From a virus: DNA of 64,000 nt. The stretch spans positions 1 through 64,000 of IMG/VR virus record IMGVR_UViG_3300032323_001417. One strand, written 5' to 3'. This document shows positions 8,480-15,306 of the stretch, in pieces. The notes under the pieces were generated by a model that was not told where the DNA came from, ran no database searches, and worked only from the letters and a program-made list of their open reading frames with translations. Numbering within the stretch: the first letter of the stretch is position 1; every line of letters starts with the position of its first letter. A program made the position numbers and the translations under genes.

Positions 8480-8661
8480 TACACACCTACCGCATCTAAA
8501 AACTTTTGTTCATCAAAGTTTGGATTATCGCTTGCAAATAAATCTGCAAAATCTTCTGCAATACTTTTTACAAGTGAAGAAATTAAAATGTTGTCTTGTC
8601 CTGCTTCTGCATAAGAATTAAAAATCTTTGCGGTTGCTATGTAGTCTTTGCGTGTCATCAT
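8479..8661 (-). CDS. Conserved phage hypothetical protein (MTRKDY...DNPNFD..KF)
   Basis: ORF track, start revised. Confidence 0.7.
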   Translation of the reverse strand: MMTRKDYIATAKIFNSYAEAGQDNILISSLVKSIAEDFADLFASDNPNFDEQKFLDAVGV

Positions 8662-8662
8662 T

Positions 8663-8830
8663 TTATTTTCCTGCCTTAGATAGTTCAAATTCGATTGCTA
8701 ACTTTGTGTAGGCTTGTTCCCACATTCTTTTATTAGCCTTTAGTTGTGTAACGCTTACGACTAAGTAAGCCAAAGCCCCAGCCAATAGGCTAGGTAGTAA
8801 GATGATTAGTGCTATTTGTATTAGTGACAT
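8663..8830 (-). CDS. Small membrane protein, 55 aa, not in track
   Basis: MSLIQIALIILLPSLLAGALAYLVV transmembrane helix; GAAAGG RBS; own promoter. Confidence 0.65.
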   Translation of the reverse strand: MSLIQIALIILLPSLLAGALAYLVVSVTQLKANKRMWEQAYTKLAIEFELSKAGK

Positions 8831-8885
8831 TGTATGCCCTTTCTTGTTGTTGTTAGTTTGATTCTAGCATAGGGGTCTGACAGTT

Positions 8886-9035
8886 TTACCTGTAGACACG
8901 CCTAGTCAAAAGTTGGATTTGTAGATTGTAGTAGTCAATCATTCGTTGATTAGTTGGGTCGTGCTTAAGGATTAACTCTAAGCCGTTTACTGCATCTACT
9001 AGCAGTCTTGCATTCTTGATTTTAGTGTAAGCCAT
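8886..9035 (-). CDS. Hypothetical protein, 49 aa, not in track
   Basis: MAYTKIKNARLLVDAVNG...; GAAAGG RBS; promoter at 9069-9090. Confidence 0.65.
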   Translation of the reverse strand: MAYTKIKNARLLVDAVNGLELILKHDPTNQRMIDYYNLQIQLLTRRVYR

Positions 9036-9215
9036 TTTGGTCTACCTTTCGTTTTATCTTATGCTTTCAGCATACACTAGGGGTCTGACATTTTTGGTAT
9101 TTCAGGGCGTGTCTAAGATGAACAGTAGGTAAACAATAATTAACAAGTTATCCACAGGATTCCAGGGCATTTCTTAACAATCGTAACAAAAGTTATCCAC
9201 AGGGGCGCGGCTCGT

Positions 9216-9231
9216 TCGAACATTTGTTCTA
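9216..9231. promoter_or_regulatory. LexA (SOS) box, Gram-positive/actinobacterial type
   Basis: TCGAAC-ATTT-GTTCTA versus consensus TCGAAC-N4-GTTCGA. Confidence 0.6.
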
Positions 9232-9245
9232 TGATGTACATCACA
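9230..9245. promoter_or_regulatory. CRP/GlxR-like site
   Basis: TATGA-TGTACA-TCACA versus TGTGA-N6-TCACA. Confidence 0.5.
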
Positions 9246-9310
9246 AAAATAGTGTCTCAAATAGTGAGATTCAGGTAGAATTTGTCAGTCAGGTGTGGTA
9301 AGTTATTACT

Positions 9311-9546
9311 ATAAAGAAAATTAAATAGTGGTTAAAAGGGATTAGGGCTTAGAAAAAAGTTTAGACCGCAAGTCTAAATGTGATTGAAAGTCCAAGTCAA
9401 ACGGAGTCTACGCTGACAGAGGTCAGTATTCACCGTCTCAGTTTCACGCTAGTGTCCTAGTCCCCTTTAACCATTATTAAATCGCTTAGTGTGAGCCTAG
9501 CAAATAAGCAACGAAAGTTGATGAGCCTAGCAAATAAAACTAAGCA
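9311..9546 (+). ncRNA. Putative structured non-coding RNA or long 5' leader
   Basis: Promoter at 9283-9304; 25-bp helix 9324-9348/9454-9478 with 3 G-U pairs; inner hairpins; second symmetric domain 9484-9545; no ORF. Confidence 0.65.
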
Positions 9547-9563
9547 TAACGAAAGGATTCATT

Positions 9564-9686
9564 ATGAATGAATTACTAATTGAAGACATCACAGATGAAG
9601 AATGTTTTGACTGTGGAGATAAGCTAACATCATGGGAATTTATTTTTTGTGTTATGTGTGATGGAATGGAACAATACGAAATCTAA
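9564..9686 (+). CDS. Zn-finger microprotein (CxxC-x11-CxxC), 40 aa, not in track
   Basis: MNELLIEDITDEECFDCGDKLTSWEFIFCVMCD; GAAAGGA RBS; paralog of 10335-10481. Confidence 0.7.
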   Translation: MNELLIEDITDEECFDCGDKLTSWEFIFCVMCDGMEQYEI

Positions 9687-9879
9687 AAAAGTCCAGGGGA
9701 TTTTAAAATTATCGTAACAAAGATAATAAAAAAATTCCGCGCCTCGTTTTCCACAGGTTGTACACATCTGTGGATAAAAGAGTTCATCTACTGTTAACCT
9801 ACGACACGCCCTATTTGGCAGAAATTGTCAGGGATGTATGCAATACTAAAGGTATTAGATAAACGAAAGAGAGAACAAA

Positions 9880-10086
9880 ATGAACTACTGTTTCTTTTGC
9901 GGTTGGGATACCGAAACCCAATTCAATGTCTGCTATACCTGCAAGGCTATAACAGATGTTGAATACACCTACACCCCTGACGTGTGCGGTGATGATGCTT
10001 GCTATGTAGTAGGCAACGAACTAAATCTTGACGGAGATTGCAATCACCTAACAGAATTCTACCAACTAGCAGACCTGACAGCCTAA
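9880..10086 (+). CDS. Cys-rich Zn-binding protein
   Basis: CFFC...CYTC; promoter at 9826-9847. Confidence 0.7.
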   Translation: MNYCFFCGWDTETQFNVCYTCKAITDVEYTYTPDVCGDDACYVVGNELNLDGDCNHLTEFYQLADLTA

Positions 10087-10140
10087 AAACTGTCAGACCT
10101 ACCTGCTAGATTAAAACTACCTACTAAGAAAGAGAACAAA

Positions 10141-10329
10141 ATGTTTTTATTCAATCTACAAGCCCCACTAGTATTCATTGCAGTATTCTCATTACCTGCA
10201 CTACTACTAGAACTACAACTACTAGTGATTGGCTTTAACTTTATGTCTGCCAATGTGATGATAGCAACCGTTGCTATTGGTCTACTATCTGCAATAGGTG
10301 CAGTAGTTATCGAAATGATTGAGGGGTAA
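10141..10329 (+). CDS. Small membrane protein (2 TM)
   Basis: Hydrophobic ORF; promoter at 10091-10112. Confidence 0.7.
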   Translation: MFLFNLQAPLVFIAVFSLPALLLELQLLVIGFNFMSANVMIATVAIGLLSAIGAVVIEMIEG

Positions 10330-10334
10330 TAACA

Positions 10335-10481
10335 ATGAATGAATTAGCATTTGAAAACATTACAAAAAATAAGTGCATCACCTGTGATGATAAACTAACG
10401 GCTTGGGAAATCAATTTCTGCATTATGTGTGAGTCAGACCAAGAAATCGAAAACTTTTTTGATGATGATGATGACTTGTAG
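10335..10481 (+). CDS. Zn-finger microprotein, 48 aa, not in track
   Basis: MNELAFENITKNKCITCDDKLTAWEINFCIMCE; GAGG RBS. Confidence 0.7.
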   Translation: MNELAFENITKNKCITCDDKLTAWEINFCIMCESDQEIENFFDDDDDL

Positions 10482-10764
10482 AATCTAAAATTTTATTGCT
10501 TGCAGAATCTAAAATATTTTTGTCTATTAAATAAAACTATTAACAATTAGTTATGGGCTCACTAATAAAAAGGTGAGTCTATTCTAAAATCATGCATCAT
10601 ACACATTAACAAAATATTCAGATTTTCTTCAAAATGGGATCTAGCTGCAAATATAAAAATATTCAGATTTTGCGGGAAAGTGAATATATATCTCATTATG
10701 TGAGATGATATGTTACAATTGTGTTACAAATAATTTAATAGTTCAATGTTTCTGGCGAGCTGAT

Positions 10765-10793
10765 TTGACAAGCATTAAAAATGCAATTACACT
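10765..10793 (+). promoter_or_regulatory. Canonical sigma-A promoter TTGACA-N17-TACACT
   Basis: Perfect -35, 17-nt spacer. Confidence 0.6.
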
Positions 10794-10874
10794 ATGAGTG
10801 CAGCGAATCAAAAAAAGTCTCAGAAAAGTTGGGGGCAGGGGAATGAAATTATTAAAAAACAAAGAGAGAAACAA

Positions 10875-10955
10875 ATGAGTAATCAAGACTATGCTAGATA
10901 CATCTTCTGGATTGTATTAACAGCAATTTTATTGTCTACACTATCTGGTAGCTAA
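10875..10955 (+). CDS. Putative 26-aa membrane peptide
   Basis: MSNQDYARYIFWIVLTAILLSTLSGS; purine-rich leader; downstream of promoter. Confidence 0.4.
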   Translation: MSNQDYARYIFWIVLTAILLSTLSGS

Positions 10956-11230
10956 TATATATCTTTGTATAATTTCGGGGTTAATTAAATTCATTTCTGG
11001 TCATATGCGTTAGCATCCATTATTATTCTTTATTAACATATTGACAATATAGACATATCTGACATATCTTCATATAGGGGATAATTCTGCATATTTATAA
11101 ATCCCCCCAAAAATCCTACATATATAACGGAGTTATAAGGTGTTGATGGGTATACTATTTTGCCGAATTTTTGCGTTTTTAATTTGCGGATTTTTTGCGA
11201 GTTTTTTAAAAATGGTATAATTAAATCATT

Positions 11231-12247
11231 ATGGCAACAACAAGAGTATTTAGAACAAGTTCAACTCCAACAACTCAAACAGGTTTTAGAAATAGAATTA
11301 TTAATGGTGATTTTAGAATTGATCAAAGAAATAATGGAGCACTTAAAAATAACAGCTCACCAAATACAGCACTTGCGACAACATTTGGTGCAGATAGATG
11401 GTTGGTGTCTGAACAGGTTACTGGAACTGGATTTAGCCAGAGAGCCTCTGATGGAACTGGTGCTGACAAGTATTATTTATCTATTTCTCGCCCATCAAGT
11501 TTAAATGCATTAATAATTGCACAAAGAATTGAGGCTATAAACAGCTATGATTTGGCTGGAAAAACGGTAACTCTTTCTTTTAGAGCAGCAATTTTGGGAG
11601 GGTACACTTCACTATCTTGGAAAGCTTCCTATGCAAATACCACAGATTCTTTTGGATCGTTTTCTTCTCCAACAAAAACACAGATTGCTACTGGAAACGT
11701 AACTGTTGGTTCTAGCTTTAATTCATATTCAGCAACCTTTACTGTGCCTTCTGCAGCCACAACTGGAATAGAAATATCTTTTTATAATACAAACATCTCT
11801 ATTGATGCGACTACTCTTAGAATAAGCAACGTTCAATTAGAGCTAGGATCAGTCGCCACTCCATTTGAACAGCGTCCTATCGGTACAGAACTAGCGTTGT
11901 GTCAAAGGTATTATCAAAATATTGTAACTCCTAATGCAACAACAGACTTTAATGGTTTAATGGTTAGAGAAAGTACTACTCAGGCTCAAGCTTCTGTATA
12001 TCTTCCAGTAAGTATGAGAATTACTCCAGCACTAGTTGGTTCTTATTTAGGAAGATCTGTTTTTAGAGACACTTCTTTCAATGTTGCAGCAGGAGCTAAC
12101 TCTGCAGTATCTGTTAGCTCATCTGGACCTAGTGTTAGCTGGATAACTCTTATAATAACTCATGCAGCAGTTGCTGGAACTTATATATATGCAGAATGGG
12201 ATTTATTAAATACAACTACAAATCTTGGCTTGAACGCAGAATTATAA
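11231..12247 (+). CDS. Tail fibre/minor virion protein with carbohydrate-binding-like module
   Basis: FRNRIINGDFRIDQR and VQLELGSVATPFEQRPIGTELALCQRYY motifs. Confidence 0.75.
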   Translation: MATTRVFRTSSTPTTQTGFRNRIINGDFRIDQRNNGALKNNSSPNTALATTFGADRWLVSEQVTGTGFSQRASDGTGADKYYLSISRPSSLNALIIAQRIEAINSYDLAGKTVTLSFRAAILGGYTSLSWKASYANTTDSFGSFSSPTKTQIATGNVTVGSSFNSYSATFTVPSAATTGIEISFYNTNISIDATTLRISNVQLELGSVATPFEQRPIGTELALCQRYYQNIVTPNATTDFNGLMVRESTTQAQASVYLPVSMRITPALVGSYLGRSVFRDTSFNVAAGANSAVSVSSSGPSVSWITLIITHAAVAGTYIYAEWDLLNTTTNLGLNAEL

Positions 12248-12275
12248 TTAACCTTTAATGATATAATTAATTATT

Positions 12276-13043
12276 ATGGCAACTAAAATTCAAGTAAGAA
12301 GAGATAGTTCAGCAGATTGGACTACTATTAATCCCGTCCTTTCTGAAGGTGAAATTGGATTTGAAACAAATACTGGAAAATTTAAAATTGGCAATGGATC
12401 AAGTGCTTGGTCTGCTTTAGATTATTTTGAAGCTAACATTGATCTTTCAGGATATCTGACCGCTTCTTCTGCCTCAACAACTTATTTAACTCAAGCTTCA
12501 GCTTCATCTACATATCTTACACAGACTTCTGCTTCAAGCACATATCCAACAATTGGAACCTTAAATTCTGGACTTGTATCAGCATCTGCAGCAGCAGTAG
12601 CATACCTTGTTGATTCAGCCCCTGGAGCACTAGATACTTTAAATGAATTAGCAGCAGCAATAAATGATGATTCAAGTTATGCAGCTACGGTTACTAATGC
12701 TTTAGCATTAAAATCACCACTATATACATCAACAAATGCTCAAACTGGGTCTACATATACACTTGTTCTTGCAGATGCAGGAAAATATGTTGAAATGAAT
12801 AATGCCTCTTCTAATACTTTAACTGTTCCGCTTAATGCAAGTGTTGCTTTTCCAATTGGTAGTGAAATTACTATTATTCAAACTGGTAGTGGTACAACAA
12901 CTATTTCTCCTGCTGGTGGAGTAACCGTTAACTACTATTCTCTTACTGGATCTGCTACAAGAACAATTAAAGCACAATGGGCAGCAGCTACATTAATTAA
13001 ACGTGCTGAAAATACTTGGGTATTAATAGGAAATCTAGGCTAA
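12276..13043 (+). CDS. Tail fibre protein with Mtd-N-like N-terminus
   Basis: IQVRRD..ADW...NPVL.EGEIGFE.NTGKFKIGNG; TYLTQASASS repeats. Confidence 0.75.
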   Translation: MATKIQVRRDSSADWTTINPVLSEGEIGFETNTGKFKIGNGSSAWSALDYFEANIDLSGYLTASSASTTYLTQASASSTYLTQTSASSTYPTIGTLNSGLVSASAAAVAYLVDSAPGALDTLNELAAAINDDSSYAATVTNALALKSPLYTSTNAQTGSTYTLVLADAGKYVEMNNASSNTLTVPLNASVAFPIGSEITIIQTGSGTTTISPAGGVTVNYYSLTGSATRTIKAQWAAATLIKRAENTWVLIGNLG

Positions 13044-13834
13044 TGATTCCTGTTGGTGTTGTAGCTGGCAGTGGTCAAGGTACGTTTCCATCTGCAGTAA
13101 CTAGTTCTGCTACTCAAGCAAGTTTTAGTTCTATTACCTTGTCTTGGACTGCACCATTTAATGGTGGTGCACCTATAACTTCATACAGCTATCAAGTATC
13201 TACAGACAATTCTAGTTGGGGTACAGCAGTTAATGCTGGACTTGTTACTAGCGTTTTAGTTGGAAGTCTGTCTCCAGGGACAACTTATTACTTTAGAGTT
13301 CTTGCAACTAACAGCATTGGCTCTGGTCCTTATGGTGCTTCATCTAACGCTGCTACCGCTAAAGCAAATACCAGCATTGCTAACAGTGCAATGACTGCCA
13401 ACTTTAGCATTAGATACGGCAGTGGTTATGCTGTGCAGACTTTCTACGGTAGTGATTCATATCCGTTCTCTGATGGTGGATCAATTTACGCTGGCAGTCC
13501 TCCTGGTGCAACAGTTTATAACTACATTGTTTATTGCCTTGGTTTAACTAGCACATCTTTTGGTGGAGCAGCGTTATCAGGTAAAACTGTAAATCTTTAC
13601 ATGAGGGCAGCTGGATATAGTGACCAGTATCTTGGAAGCGCAACTACAGATGCAAGCGGTAACGCTTCGCTCACATTACCTGCTGGTTACAACATTGCAA
13701 ACTACGTTATTTCTGATCTATATTCCAAGCCTGACGCTTTATATTTTTGGACATTTAACGGAGATTCTCAATTTCATGGAACAACTCAAACGACAAACAT
13801 TGTTGATGTTGGTTGGTTTGACTGGAACTCTTAA
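13043..13834 (+). CDS. Fibronectin type III domain virion protein
   Basis: LSWTAP.NGGAPITSY...LSPGTTYYFRVLATN; start revised to the TAATG overlap. Confidence 0.75.
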   Translation: MIPVGVVAGSGQGTFPSAVTSSATQASFSSITLSWTAPFNGGAPITSYSYQVSTDNSSWGTAVNAGLVTSVLVGSLSPGTTYYFRVLATNSIGSGPYGASSNAATAKANTSIANSAMTANFSIRYGSGYAVQTFYGSDSYPFSDGGSIYAGSPPGATVYNYIVYCLGLTSTSFGGAALSGKTVNLYMRAAGYSDQYLGSATTDASGNASLTLPAGYNIANYVISDLYSKPDALYFWTFNGDSQFHGTTQTTNIVDVGWFDWNS

Positions 13835-13863
13835 TAATTATCTAATGATATAATTATATTACT

Positions 13864-15306
13864 ATGTCTACAATATTTCCATTATCCGCTTCTGTAAATC
13901 AGGAATTTGATGGATACCGCTTTAATGGCACATCTTGGGATATTATTGGAATTGATTTAACTGCTGATTATTTAGAAGAATCCGCTGCAAGTGCTACATA
14001 TTTAACTAAAGTAAATGCATCAACTACATATGCAACAAAGACAGAATTAAATAATATTGATTTAAGTTCTGCTTCTGCAGCAGCAGTTGCAGCAATTGTA
14101 GACTCTGCACCCTCAACTCTAAATACTCTAAATGAACTTGCAGCAGCTCTTGGAGATGATGCAAACTATGCATCTACAATAACAACTGCACTTGGAAATA
14201 AATTAAATATTTCTACAGCATCTTCTACATATTTAACACAAGCTTCTGCTTCAAGCACATATGCATTAAAAAATAATCCAGAATTTTTAACTACCCTGGC
14301 TGAACCGAATTTTGATCTTCCAAGCACAGCGGTTGGATCAGGATCTGCTGGATTTACATCAGCTTCTGGATACGCTACTGGAGTTATGATTTTTGACGCT
14401 TTACCCTCAGCTTCAGCAGCATTCTCCCCTGGAGATATATTTTACTTAGTTAGTTCAGATGGAATTGATAATATAGATTTTACTGTATTAAGTGTTGGTA
14501 CTAGTCTAGTTAGTGGAAATGCAAGGCTTTCAACACAAGTAACTGCAAATATTTCTAACTTGGCAGCTTTACAATCTTGGGCATTTGGATATAATGTTGG
14601 AACAAATGGTGAAATGTGGTACAACACCGTAGGTGAAATATTTATGAAAATAGCTAAAACTATATCTTCATATGAAATTACAAGTCTTGATGGAATTTCT
14701 TCAAATATTCAATCACAAATAGATAGCAAGGCATATCTTTATGGTGCAGCATTCACTGGAGAGGTTTCTATTACACAGTCAGGAAATTCTTCAAACTATC
14801 CATTAACAATTTCTTCTGCAAATGAGCAGGGTGGAGGATCTGGATTTTCAGACATACTAAAAATTATAAACTCAAAATCTGGTGCTACTAATATAAATAA
14901 GCATTTTAGAATGAACTCATCTGGAACTTTAGAAATAATTAATAGTGCTTATACTGCAAGTATTTTTTCAGTTTCCGATGATGGAACTGTTACCTCATCA
15001 AATCTTGGAGAAACTGGATGGTCAACTGTTGGATCTTTTAGTAATAGTTTTGTATCTGGCGGAAATGCTCCAGGATACAGAAGATTGAATAATGTTGTAT
15101 ATTTACGAGGAAATATAAATAGTGGAACAGCGGGTCAAACAGCTTTTACACTTCCTTCTGGATATAGACCAGCAACAGACTTTGTTATTCCAGTTCAAAA
15201 GTTTGGAACACCAGACATTAGCTATATTACAGTATATACTGATGGAAGAGTTGTTCCTAATTCAACAGCAGGATGGCTAACTGGAATTCATTTTCCAGTT
15301 GGATAA
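13864..15306 (+). CDS. Tail fibre protein
   Basis: DSAPSTLNTLNELAAALGDD repeat; C-terminal FTLPSGYRP module. Confidence 0.75.
   Translation: MSTIFPLSASVNQEFDGYRFNGTSWDIIGIDLTADYLEESAASATYLTKVNASTTYATKTELNNIDLSSASAAAVAAIVDSAPSTLNTLNELAAALGDDANYASTITTALGNKLNISTASSTYLTQASASSTYALKNNPEFLTTLAEPNFDLPSTAVGSGSAGFTSASGYATGVMIFDALPSASAAFSPGDIFYLVSSDGIDNIDFTVLSVGTSLVSGNARLSTQVTANISNLAALQSWAFGYNVGTNGEMWYNTVGEIFMKIAKTISSYEITSLDGISSNIQSQIDSKAYLYGAAFTGEVSITQSGNSSNYPLTISSANEQGGGSGFSDILKIINSKSGATNINKHFRMNSSGTLEIINSAYTASIFSVSDDGTVTSSNLGETGWSTVGSFSNSFVSGGNAPGYRRLNNVVYLRGNINSGTAGQTAFTLPSGYRPATDFVIPVQKFGTPDISYITVYTDGRVVPNSTAGWLTGIHFPVG

Larger units (their letters stand above)
4261..9777. promoter_or_regulatory. 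Eight perfect DnaA boxes (TTATCCACA), all intergenic
   Basis: 4261, 6430, 7472, 7495(rc), 8205, 9148, 9193, 9769(rc); one-mismatch boxes at 9747 and 9758. Confidence 0.8.
1481..10112. promoter_or_regulatory. Array of 15 promoters TGTCAG-N10-TAnnnT (PafBC/RecA-NDp-type)
   Basis: Minus strand: 1481-1502, 2710-2731, 3411-3432, 4205-4226, 4955-4976, 5235-5256, 6363-6384, 7046-7067, 7435-7456, 8105-8126, 8861-8882, 9069-9090. Plus strand: 9283-9304, 9826-9847 (-10 AATACT), 10091-10112. Invariant spacing; each lies upstream of a gene or the ncRNA. Confidence 0.85.

Noticed and set aside
1500-9850. CRISPR array or integron attC cassettes from the recurring intergenic repeats
   Set aside because: Repeats are short composite motifs separated by whole genes; no constant repeat-spacer period, no attC-like palindromes, no cas or integrase in the window.
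1481-10112. Reading TGTCAG as an ordinary -35 element
   Set aside because: Spacer to the -10 is invariably 10 nt, not 16-18; true TTGACA-N17 promoters exist separately (85-113, 10765-10793).
12276-13043. Diversity-generating retroelement suggested by the Mtd-like N-terminus
   Set aside because: No reverse transcriptase and no TR/VR pair differing at adenines seen in the window.
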